Assembly: GCA_019828565.1 (NCBI GenBank)
Contig: JAHDYR010000015.1
Coordinates: 630,240 to 694,239 of the forward strand
Length of the DNA: 64,000 bases
DNA from: Carpediemonas membranifera BICM
Lineage: Eukaryota; Protista; Fornicata
Direction of reading: 5' to 3'
Position numbers and translations under genes: made by a program. Positions 20,920 through 30,712 of this stretch are shown piece by piece. The stretch's first letter is position 1; each line of letters starts with the position of its first letter. The notes under the pieces are model-generated. The model saw only the letters and a list, made by a program, of their open reading frames with translations, made no database searches and was not told the origin of the DNA.

Positions 20920-23808
20920 TTATATGATGTCGAAGTCGAGATCCCCATCGGAGTCGCTGTCCTCGGCCGCTGGCTCCGCAGCTCTCTTCTCGGGGGCAGT
21001 GGCCGGCGCCCTCCGGACGGCCGGGGTCGCGGGTTTGGTGGCCTGGGCAGCCGGCTTAGGGGCCTCCACTGGCTTGGGGGCCTCCTGCTGGGGCTTGGCC
21101 TGGACGACTGGGGCGGGGGTCTCGGGGGCCGGGGGGCGGTTCTGTCGACGATCTCCACTGGGACGGGAACGGCGACGAACACGGTGTCGCTCATGGCAAT
21201 GGCCTCGGCAGCCTCGGCGGACTCAACCCGCGCCATAAGCCCGCAGGCCGGGGCCTGGACGCCCGGCATTACCGAGAGCTCGGCGAGGAGGGCCTTGACG
21301 AGAGTGACTCCGCCCCTGAACGCCTCGAGGAGGGTGACCAGGCTCTCGAGCAGGGCCAGCCGGAGTTCGGGCGTGCGGGTGTGCGAGACGAGCGCGGCGA
21401 GGGTCATGCGGTCGGGCACGGCAGCCTTGCCGCCCTTGCCGCCGCGGGCGAGGCCGAGCATGGCGGTGGTGATGACGGGCACGCTGCGCCTGGGGCCGCC
21501 AGGGACGGCGACGGCGGTGTGGAAGCGGTCGGACAGCCCGCAGCAGAGCTTGACCAGCCCCTTGAAGAGGCCCTCCCGCACCCGCTGGGAGAGGAACGGC
21601 GCCGTCCGGTCGAGCAGGGCAGCCAGGGCGTGGGCCGCGGCCAGACGGTCTGTGATGGCCAGGGCGTCGGGGTCGGTGGCGGTGATCTCGTAGCCGTCAA
21701 CCTGCACAGTCGCCCCGAGTCGGGCGGCGACCACGCCGACGAGGGTGTTGAGGAGGTTGACGTTCACGACGTCGTCGTCGACGGGTCGGGTCAGTGCAAG
21801 CGGGCTGGTCGCGGGGCTGGCGAAGAGGTTCGTGGCAAGGTCCATGGCAGCTGAAACAACTGAGCTATCAGAGCGTGGGTTCGAGAGAACACCGCACAGA
21901 GTTTTGGTCACTGTCTCCGGGAACTGCAGCAGCGCGCCCCGCTCGGCCATAGCAGTCAGGCAGCGGAGGGCCGCGGCCCTGATGGCATCAACTGTCGCCA
22001 GGTCCGCGGTGGCGTTACGAGATGCGGCGAGGGCGTCCTGGGCGGCCGCGATAATCTCAGTGGTGGGCAGGTCGAACGACTCGAGCTGGACGAACCGGCC
22101 GGCGATGATGGGGGCGGGCAGGGGCTCCCGCAGTACCCGCTCGAGCAGGTCCCAGGGCAGCAGGGGCGACGAGCACGACACAGTGAGGGGCTCGGCGCCC
22201 AGACGGCCGTTGGGGTCGACGGTGGGCAGGCTGAGGGCGAGCTCGGCGGCGTCTGAACCCATGTCGAGGCTGTCGAGCGCCGCCCGGCCCGCACCGAGGC
22301 ATGCAGTGACCGTGGCGGGGACGAGGGTGCGGAGACTGTCGATGGACCTCGCCTGGACGACGGCGAGCCGGGCCAGCAGGGCGGCGGCGTCCTTGGTGTA
22401 CGGGCCGGCGACCGCGGCAGCAGCGAGCTCGGGCACGGTCTGGCGGAAGATGCCGTCCGTCATAGGGGCCCCCAAGACCGCCGTGAGGGCGCTGGCGTGC
22501 TCTGGGAGATGGCTTGTCCACGTCGTCGCGATGGTCTTGCGCTTGACGGTGGGCCTCTTGCCCTCGGGCAGGTCGTCGATCGTGGCGACTGCGACAGTGA
22601 GCGCTGCGAGGTCGGCGACCGACAGCGCCTTCAAGGTGTTACCAGCGGCGTTGGCGGTCATCTCTGCGACGACCCTGGCCGTGGGGGCGGGGGCAGGGGC
22701 GTCACTGGGGGCCAGCAGGGAGACGCCGAGAGCCCGGCTTGTCTGGGGGACGCCCGTCTGCTGGGACCGGAAGATGACGGCGCCGGTGATAGGGGATGGC
22801 GGGGTGTAGAGAATGTCGTCGGACTTGGTCCAGTCGATGAAGATCGCGGACGTCGGCGCGTCTGTCCGCAGAGAGGCGTCCATGGACTTGGCCGTCCCGT
22901 CCAGCACGCTGATCATGTGGACGCCGCTGCGGACCACGGCGAGCTGGGTGCCGTCCCGGGAGATGCAGATTGACCTGACCGCGGCGGCCGTCTGCTCCGA
23001 GGAGGGCCGGTCCACCCGGGTCCGCTGGCCGGTGTGGATCGACAGTCGGTTGACCGTGCCGTCCGTGGAGCCGGTGTAGATGACGCCGTCGACACCCGCG
23101 GCGGAGCAGGAGAGGTCTGGGACGTCGAAGGACCGCACCGCAGACCGGGAGGTGCCGCCGACGGAGAAGAGCTGGACGGGACCGTGGCGGAAGGACGCCA
23201 CGAAGCCCGTGGCGCTGACCCAGTGGATGTTGACGAGGTTGGATGCCGAGGAGATGCGGTCGACGCGGTGGGTGGCATCACCCTCGCCGAGGAGGGTGCT
23301 GAGCGCCATCACGACAATCTCGGAGCTCGCACCAGCCGCAATGTTGCCGTAGTTGGACGCCGTCACAGCTGCGACGGGTGATGTAAAGAGCTGCGCCGTC
23401 TGCCGCACGAGGTCGCCCGTGTGAGCGTCCCAGATAATGAGCGTCCCGCCCTGAGTGCCGGCGATCACATAGGCCCCGTCGGGAGTTATCTCAAGGGCAG
23501 TGAGGGTCTGGCTGTGCTTGGAGTGGGTGGAGGCCATGATGACGGGCTGCTGCGAGAGGTGCCAGAGGATGAGGCCGGCGTCCTTCGTGCTGCGGTTCAC
23601 AGCAAGAATGGAGTCCTTGTACTGCTTGATAGCAAAGAGTCTGCGTTAGATTTGGACGTGTAGAGTGTACAAACTCGCCTTCGACGTTCTGTGTCTGCAT
23701 CCGCTTGGGTTTGAGCGTATAACGGATTCTCTGGGTATCCCACGCGCACAGAGCAGCGTCCTTTCCCTTGAAAGATGCCAGGATCGTGTATGAATCATTG
23801 TTTGCCAT
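20920..23808 (-). CDS. WD40 protein of WDR18/Ipi3 type fused to a PELP1/Rix1-like helical region; one intron; homopolymer frameshift at ~21131-21136
   Basis: LTALEITPDGAYVIAGTQGGTLIIWDAHTGDLV is Ipi3-like. LRTLVPATVTACL and RLALLESLVTLL are Rix1-like. The shifted tail reads APETPAPVVQAKP...EDSDSDGDLDFDII*. Confidence 0.6.
23641..23674 (-). other. Spliceosomal intron, 34 nt
   Basis: gtttgtacactctacacgtccaaatctaacgcag (CTAAC branch point next to CAG). Joins the ATG at 23808 to the long WD frame. Confidence 0.85.
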
Positions 23809-24003
23809 CGCTATGCCTGGCTGGAGTGAACACGTTCAAGAGAACGAGCCTTAAAGTGCCCGGATAGCTGGAGGCGAGTGGTAGGCCATGCGCGCTGCTC
23901 GCACCTCCTACAACGTCTGGTCCGATGCGGCAGTCCTATTGAGACCGCCCCGCATAAACATTCCATGGGCTTCCCAACGTCCAACTTCGCTGGTTTGTTT
24001 AGA

Positions 24004-24987
24004 CTAGTAATAAATGCCGCGTGTCCTGTGCATGGGGACGGTGAGGGCCTCCTCGGGCAGGGTCTTCACCCAATCCCACAGATAGAAGTCCACCAGCGCC
24101 GCCGTCTCCCCCGCTGTCCTGGCGACCATGTCAGCCGCAGCGATGCACACGCCTCTGATCTCGGCCTCCATCGGGCACCCAGGCTCGAGCAAGCCTCCCT
24201 CGCCGGCAGTGTTGAGCTTGGCGAGGAGGGTTTCGGAGTATCGCAGGACGCCCTTGAGGGCGAGGGCTTGGGGAACGCGGTAGTCCGCGAAGACCGTGAT
24301 GCTGCCGATGTTGTCGAAGGAGCCGATATCCTCGCCGTTATGGGACGCCCACAGGTCGGCGACGCATATCTGCGCCCTCTTGTAAAACACGACCGGCCTG
24401 CCCTCGTAGACGCCGCGGTCAGAGAAGGATGAGAGCGACTCGCCCAGCAGCGACGCCAGACGGACGGCGTCCCGCTCACATGACTGGACGACGTTCCTGA
24501 ACGTCCCGTCGTACTCGGCCATCAGCCAGCAGCCTGCATCCCTCAGTGCGGCGGCCCGTTCCTTGAGCAGGGGACAGAGGCGACCTGAGGGGGAGGCGAA
24601 CACCGCAGCCATGGTCTCGTCGGTGATGGTAGCGTAGTAGGACGGCGTTGTGATGGGAATGCCGCTGTCCAGGGCCTTGTTGATGGCTGCGACGAGGCTC
24701 CAGTAGCCGCTCCAGACACGGCCGCGGTACTCCACGATGACGGGCGTCCCGTCATCATACCAGAAGGAGAAGTTCAATATATCCACTACAAAGACCCAAT
24801 CGGCCGTTGTTTCGTCCGGAGTGCTGGGGTTCAGCTCGTGGGATCCCCAGACGGCCGTGTTGCAGAGCCCCTGCGATTTAGACGAAACTATCTCTGCTGC
24901 AAGACGCTTGACGGAATCTTTGTCGATTGAGACGTGTTTGCTGCGCTCAGTAATCCAGTATGCGCTTTCAAGCACGGGGTTCTCCAT
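24004..24987 (-). CDS. QNG1: Queuosine salvage protein / queuosine 5'-phosphate N-glycosylase (DUF2419, C9orf64)
   Basis: DILNFSFW, GYWSLVAAI, FYKRAQICVADLW, TVFADYRVPQAL, EAEIRG, DFYLW, HRTRGIYY*. Confidence 0.95.
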   Translation of the reverse strand: MENPVLESAYWITERSKHVSIDKDSVKRLAAEIVSSKSQGLCNTAVWGSHELNPSTPDETTADWVFVVDILNFSFWYDDGTPVIVEYRGRVWSGYWSLVAAINKALDSGIPITTPSYYATITDETMAAVFASPSGRLCPLLKERAAALRDAGCWLMAEYDGTFRNVVQSCERDAVRLASLLGESLSSFSDRGVYEGRPVVFYKRAQICVADLWASHNGEDIGSFDNIGSITVFADYRVPQALALKGVLRYSETLLAKLNTAGEGGLLEPGCPMEAEIRGVCIAAADMVARTAGETAALVDFYLWDWVKTLPEEALTVPMHRTRGIYY

Positions 24988-25118
24988 CACTCAGCAGTTA
25001 CCGAGTCGCCCCAGTCTACTGTCTGGATGGCCCAAGGGAGATAACGCGGCACCGCCGCATCCCCCTAAAGTCAGTCAGCCTCAACCCGGCCCTGATTTAG
25101 AAACGTCAACCTCAGCCC

Positions 25119-26243
25119 TCATCCCTTGAGCCTCTGCTCGGCTCCAGGGCAGACCGCCGCCATGGCCGCCGCGACCGCACTGACGCTACTTCCCCTGATA
25201 CACACACGGGCCCGCTCCTCAGGCACCAGCACGCTCGTCCCGTCCGGCCCCACGAACGGGCTCACCCTGACAGGGCCCACGGTCGCCGGGGCGGTCCGCT
25301 CGAACCCGGCCGCGGACAGTGTGGACTCGGTCGGGGCTTGGAACCCGGTGTCCGACTGCACCTGCCTCGTCATGAACTCCCTCGAGTCCCGGGCCGAGTC
25401 GAGCACGGCGATGCCCGTCTCCTCGTACAGCACCGCCGTCGCCCGGTCACTGTGGAGTGTGGCCGCCAGGTACTGGGCAGGCACCTCGGCCGGGTCGAGC
25501 TCTGGCACTGAAAGTCGGGGACCCACGACGCTTCCGTACTTTCCCGCGGCATACTCTGTGGTGTGGATGCCGTCGGGCTTGGCGGCCAAGAAAAGCATTG
25601 GCATCTGTGTGAATGCCTGTATTCTCATGATGTTGGAAGTATTATCGCATACGAGCCCGACGTCCACCTGAGTGTCGAATATGGTGTCGACCAGGGCCAG
25701 CCGGGTGTACGCAGACATGTACATGCCGCCCTCGAGGGTGAACGAGGCAGGGTCGTTGTAGTATGCCACCGTGGGGATGCACGAGTGGTGGTGGCAGCCG
25801 TTGTGGACGTATATATGCCTCTTGTGTGCCACAGACAGCAACCAGCAGCAGCACATCCGGCAGGCAGAGTCCTTGACGGTCTCCAGCTCGGTCTCGAGGC
25901 TGGTAACGGTGAGTATCCCGAACAGCGTCACGTCCTCTCCGGGGTAGACGGACCGGAACACAGGATAGCAGGGGGGCGGCTCGTTGTGGGACACGAACGC
26001 GCTCAAAAGATCATATGGTATGTGCACGTGGCAATCCTCGAGCTCTGGGTGCTTGTCCATGAGTGATATGCACTGTATCAAGGCAACGCTGTTCGAAACG
26101 AGCACAGCATGGACCTTGGACGTGTCTAGGGCCGGCAGCATTGAATCACAGACGCTATCAATGTGAAAAAGAACCCTAATTCCGCATATCTCTATGATAG
26201 ATACCGTTAATCCGTCGATGAGGTATTTTTCAAAGCTCACCAT
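25119..26243 (-). CDS. Divergent inactive metallo-beta-lactamase/beta-CASP protein, INTS9-like
   Basis: DTSKVHAVLVSN and VYPGEDVTLFGILTVTSL...CWLLSVAHKRHIYV resemble the INTS9 N-terminal MBL segments. No HxHxDH motif. Confidence 0.5.
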   Translation of the reverse strand: MVSFEKYLIDGLTVSIIEICGIRVLFHIDSVCDSMLPALDTSKVHAVLVSNSVALIQCISLMDKHPELEDCHVHIPYDLLSAFVSHNEPPPCYPVFRSVYPGEDVTLFGILTVTSLETELETVKDSACRMCCCWLLSVAHKRHIYVHNGCHHHSCIPTVAYYNDPASFTLEGGMYMSAYTRLALVDTIFDTQVDVGLVCDNTSNIMRIQAFTQMPMLFLAAKPDGIHTTEYAAGKYGSVVGPRLSVPELDPAEVPAQYLAATLHSDRATAVLYEETGIAVLDSARDSREFMTRQVQSDTGFQAPTESTLSAAGFERTAPATVGPVRVSPFVGPDGTSVLVPEERARVCIRGSSVSAVAAAMAAVCPGAEQRLKG

Positions 26244-27121
26244 GCCCACTCGACCACGATGGGCTAACCTGCGGTGTCGGGGCCGGTGGAGCTGAGGTGT
26301 ATGTGAGTGCGGTATGCCTTCACTGAGGGTCTATGGGCCTTGTGCGTTTGCCAGTCGTGCAAGAGAGTCGCCTCTAGCCAGGCCGTTGCTTGGTCTCTTA
26401 TTCACAGTCACATCACAGTCCGCCATATTGCAGGAGATATCAACACTTAGCATGTCTAGAGAGTCACAGTGTTGTATCGTCGATGTCTGGCTTGTAGCTT
26501 TCAGCATGGTGGAGTGACAGGTCGATCCGGCCATCAAACTTGTGACGATGGGCTGGCTGACACAGGACGCCGACATGGAGACCGTCTGGCCGGGCTTTCA
26601 GTCCGTTAGCAGCTAGAGGTCGCCTGGTGGGCCGAATGCGTACAATGTGCCGTGTTGTTGTGAAGCAACACTTCATGTCACCCGGAGGAAGGACGTCGCG
26701 ATGGCAAAACATATAGCCATTCTTGGATGAGTCGTAACAGGCAGCGTTCGTCGGTGTCTGTTTCCCACCAGCGGGGCGGGTCCCATCCTCCCGGGCGATC
26801 GACTCCACCCTTTGCTGCAATGATTTATGATGCATTCTGTTGAACTCACTTGTCGTCCTTGCCGATCACGAGTTAAACATCTACATCCATTCGATTCAAA
26901 TCTCCGCCAACTGGGTTGACTCAGCACGACAGGGTCATGCTGCCAAGATGACATGGCAGCCCACATCAGAAGCGTGTGGGTCAACCGCGCGGTCTTTCGT
27001 CAGGGTTACCGTGGACAGGCAGGCCATTCGACAAGTCATCCCGAAGCACCAACCTATTACACCATATCAAACTGGTTTTACAAAAGCTATGATCAAGAGA
27101 TATGATCAAGGAGATCCGAGT

Positions 27122-27751
27122 CTAATTCGAAACTCCAAGCGCGTCTAAGTTCCGTATCACGTGTGCACGGGCGGTCACAGTCGCTGGGCTGAGGTCGCTA
27201 AACAGCACCGGGCCGGACTCCCGGTGACGATGCCCGCGCACCTGTGCCATGTGCAGAGGACTCGTGCGGTCCGCGCTAAAGGAGGCGGGACTGGAGCTGA
27301 GGCTGCGGGCCAGTGTCTGGGGGATCGGCTGGTCCGGCTGGTCGATGCAGGCCCGGGCGGTGTCATTGAAGGCCTCAGCGTCCCCGAGAAGGGTGGCGAA
27401 CATGATTGGGTCATCGTGTTTGAGGCCGTCTATGTGCCGCCTGAACTTGTCGAGAGGGCTGACAGGCGTCGACAGGGCGAGACGGGGCGGGGTGGAAGGG
27501 GTGGAACGGCGGGCCTCGGCGACCGGCGTGGTGGGCTGGGAGCGGTAGTGGAGGAAGGTCTGGACATTGACAGGGACCATGGCGCCGCTGCTGGACTTCA
27601 CGTAGACCATCTGCGCCGCCTGGATTTGCTGGACCGTAATACCCGCAGGAAGAGCTGAATCCTCACGGATAGCGGCGGTATGGGATAATCTATTGGTGTG
27701 GCATGTAAGGGGCAGCATACTTTCGCTAGACGCATGTTGGCGAACATGCAT
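27122..27751 (-). CDS. Hypothetical protein
   Basis: 209-aa ATG ORF with GC3 bias and an S/P-rich composition; no recognised domain. Confidence 0.45.
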   Translation of the reverse strand: MHVRQHASSESMLPLTCHTNRLSHTAAIREDSALPAGITVQQIQAAQMVYVKSSSGAMVPVNVQTFLHYRSQPTTPVAEARRSTPSTPPRLALSTPVSPLDKFRRHIDGLKHDDPIMFATLLGDAEAFNDTARACIDQPDQPIPQTLARSLSSSPASFSADRTSPLHMAQVRGHRHRESGPVLFSDLSPATVTARAHVIRNLDALGVSN

Positions 27752-28113
27752 TGTCCTGTTTACGACGCTAGAAGAGTCAATGTAAGATTTGTTTGTTGTG
27801 ATGCATACTTTCGTTTGTTATTGAGAAGCTACTCGCCAGTGAGCTCTTTTGACAGACCATTTTCACTGACAGAAGACCAGTGATCTCATTGCAGCCACGC
27901 TCTGATTAGGTCATTTGAAATGAGATCCTTCGAGATTCAGCTGAATTCCGTGATTCTAGTTGCAGATTCACATGTGATATGGTTTGACAGAACGAGAAAT
28001 GCACTTCTGGCCCCACTCTTTCGACTTGCAGACGACCACCGACCGCACCTCCCAGGCTAAACCACGGCGGTTTATCTCGGAATCTCTAGAAAATGAAAGC
28101 GTCAATGAAAGGG

Positions 28114-29376
28114 CTAGACAATGAAGGGCACCATCGACGTCCGGGCCCGTTGGAACGGCTCGAGGCTTCGGTTCATGGCCGTGCGGCGGCGACACAGAGG
28201 GCACGTCACCACACGGCGGTGTTTGCTCTGCTTGGCCTTAGGCGTGTCCTCGATGTCCGCGTGCGAGTGGAACTCCCACTGTGCCACGCAGTTCTCACAG
28301 AACGTGTGTCCGCACTCCATCTGGATGGCCTCGCCCATGTCAGTGCGGCACACGGGGCACTCGTTCATCACCCCGGGCTCAGCGGCACCCCCCAGGTCAA
28401 ACCGGGTCTTGTTGTGGACGAGGATGCCGACCGACGGCTGCGGGTTCAGCAGGAAGCGGGAGACACTGCCCAAACGGTAGAGGTGGGGGTACAGCGACAC
28501 GGCCTTCGTCCCACCGTACACTGCGACGAGCAGGGCGGCCCTCCACCCGCTGGCCCCCGACACGAGCGTCCTGATGACCACAGGAGTGGGGAGCACCGCG
28601 CGCCACAGGACGGCGGCCCAGTCGATGGGGGCGGCCATGCCGTACGCCTTGCGCTGGGGGAGGCCGAGGGAGCACGTGGCGACGAGGGCGACGGACTTCA
28701 GGGCCAGGGCGACGGACATCACGAGCATGTTGGCGATGTAGATGGCGCCCACTGCTGTAAAGACGTCGCTCATGCGGGGCGGCAGGAGTATGGCGGTGGA
28801 AAGGCCCTCGCTGTGCCCGACGAAGAGGACGAGCGCCATGCCAGCAGTGATGGGGGCAACGCACGCGGCCATGAAGATTGGTGCAGCAGCCCGTGCTCTG
28901 TGCAGCAGGATGGCTCTGTTGAAGATGTGGTTCTGCGACAGGGCGCACATGGAGCAGAAGAGGGCCATGAGAGTGACCGAGGGCTGGAACATGTACACTA
29001 CCGCCACGGACACAACGAGGATCACCACAACCTGCGACAGCCCGAGCTCTACGTTCACTAGGGAGTCCGGGGTGAGGCGGATGCGGCGTCGGGCGATGCT
29101 CGAGACGAGGTTGGTGATGGCGTTGTTGGACGAGACGGCCGCGGAGACGTTGAAAGTACTAGCTAGCTTGTTGACTGCATCTTGCATTACTGGATCATCT
29201 ACGCGTGGAATAATGGAGTAGCGGTGCAGTTCGGGCGTGTTCGCCTCGGAATTGAAGCGTTCGGCGTTCCTGCGGCTCCTTGTGACGTCAAGGCTGTATA
29301 GTGATGATGCAGAGTCTGAATGCTCGGCGTCTGAATGTAAGTCGCGGACGCTGCTCGTCTGTTTTAAGTCCCTCAT
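28114..29376 (-). CDS. Multi-TM RING-finger E3 ligase (RNFT1/2-like)
   Basis: Several TM helices, then C3HC4 RING CPVC...CGHTFCENC...TCPLCR. Confidence 0.8.
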   Translation of the reverse strand: MRDLKQTSSVRDLHSDAEHSDSASSLYSLDVTRSRRNAERFNSEANTPELHRYSIIPRVDDPVMQDAVNKLASTFNVSAAVSSNNAITNLVSSIARRRIRLTPDSLVNVELGLSQVVVILVVSVAVVYMFQPSVTLMALFCSMCALSQNHIFNRAILLHRARAAAPIFMAACVAPITAGMALVLFVGHSEGLSTAILLPPRMSDVFTAVGAIYIANMLVMSVALALKSVALVATCSLGLPQRKAYGMAAPIDWAAVLWRAVLPTPVVIRTLVSGASGWRAALLVAVYGGTKAVSLYPHLYRLGSVSRFLLNPQPSVGILVHNKTRFDLGGAAEPGVMNECPVCRTDMGEAIQMECGHTFCENCVAQWEFHSHADIEDTPKAKQSKHRRVVTCPLCRRRTAMNRSLEPFQRARTSMVPFIV

Positions 29377-29522
29377 CGTGGGATTGTTGTGAAGCCGACA
29401 GTCGCCGAGTCAACAACGACAGGACCCTTAGTTCAACATGCCATAGGGGGGATACACCACGGACGGACATCTCTCACAGCCCCTCTCACCCGAGCGAGCA
29501 GTTTACGCCTCACAATTTGCAA

Positions 29523-29858
29523 ATGCGTCTTTCACTGAAGCTGAAGCTTCTAATCCTCACAAACTGCGCCAGTACACTTTTAATCCTCGATCTGCTTTCC
29601 ATGACGCTCTTCTTCAACCCTGAGCTGCCCTTCATGCGGTCAATTTGGGGGCCACCATCCTCGTCCGTCCTGGCCTTCATCCGCCACGTTCTGTGCAACT
29701 ACACTTCCATTTGCTGCGTAGGAATGGGGGCGTATGCCAGTGTTTCCGTCGGTTGGAAGCTCTTCACCTTTGTCGACACGCCGACGGCTGCCAAGGAGCT
29801 CTCAGAGGAGATCAAGGAGGCCAAGGCGTACCTGGCGGACCACGGGTTCAAGAAGTGA
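29523..29858 (+). CDS. DPM3: Dolichol-phosphate mannosyltransferase subunit 3
   Basis: Two hydrophobic segments and the C-terminal GAYASVSVGWKLFTFVDTPTAAKELSEEIKEAKAYLADHGF typical of DPM3. Confidence 0.8.
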   Translation: MRLSLKLKLLILTNCASTLLILDLLSMTLFFNPELPFMRSIWGPPSSSVLAFIRHVLCNYTSICCVGMGAYASVSVGWKLFTFVDTPTAAKELSEEIKEAKAYLADHGFKK

Positions 29859-29895
29859 GCAGCGTGCCCTGTATATTTAAACCAGCCCCGCCCAT

Positions 29896-30546
29896 TCACT
29901 CTGTGTTCGACAGGTAGAGGACGGCCAGCCCTATCGCCATCGCACCAAGGAAGAACACCATCGAGATGCACACCCCGCTCATCTTGCTCTTGTTCTCCCG
30001 CTTGGCCAGGATGTACTCCATCAGCGCCGTTCCGGACCGCCGGAACATGTCATCCAGGTCAGCGAGGGCCCCGACGGCATCCCGACACTGTCCAAACCAC
30101 GTGTCATGCTCAGCCAGCAGGGCGGCCTTGGTCGTGTCGGCCTCGAGCTCCTCCCTGCGGGTGTCGAGGAATGTCAGGTGGTCCTCGATGGAGTGCAGCA
30201 CAGGACGCAGCTCGCCCGTCAAGAGCTCGGCAGAGGATGCCCCGAAGTATAGCTGCGTGTTGCTGCGGAAGAACTGGCGGTATCCGGCGAAGTGGGCGGC
30301 GACGCGGTCCATCAGGTCTGTCTGCAGCATGTTGGCGAGCTCAGCGTAGATGGGGGCGTGAATGATGTTTTCTTGGAGGTTGTTATCCTCAACAAAGCGG
30401 ATGTAATCAGCTAGAACGCCCTGGATCTCCTCTAAATGGGATGAGTATGTGCGTTGGCGCGTCTCTGCGTCTTCCAGAAGCTCATCCGGCTTCTTGTGCA
30501 CTTCTTTCCACTTTGGCTGCCCTGTTCTCTCTGCTGGCTTTTCCAT
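29896..30546 (-). CDS. Hypothetical tail-anchored helical protein
   Basis: 216-aa ORF with a single C-terminal TM (VCISMVFFLGAMAIGLAVLYL) preceded by basic residues. Confidence 0.6.
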   Translation of the reverse strand: MEKPAERTGQPKWKEVHKKPDELLEDAETRQRTYSSHLEEIQGVLADYIRFVEDNNLQENIIHAPIYAELANMLQTDLMDRVAAHFAGYRQFFRSNTQLYFGASSAELLTGELRPVLHSIEDHLTFLDTRREELEADTTKAALLAEHDTWFGQCRDAVGALADLDDMFRRSGTALMEYILAKRENKSKMSGVCISMVFFLGAMAIGLAVLYLSNTE

Positions 30547-30712
30547 GTTCCTGTTTGGACTTGATATTGTTGATGTGCTCGTGATGGCCGTTTTTAGCCA
30601 GCTCTAGGTCAAACTAGCTCACTACACGACTCATACACCCGCGCCTCTCTCTCATAAAGTGGTAGCTGGGCCCATTCTTCTGGCCGCATTTTAAGGATCA
30701 AAAGACGAAGCG

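Noticed and set aside
21125-21140. Programmed frameshift in the WD/Rix1-like gene tail
   Set aside because: The shift falls in a G6/G5 homopolymer region, typical of long-read indel error, and similar errors appear elsewhere in the window.
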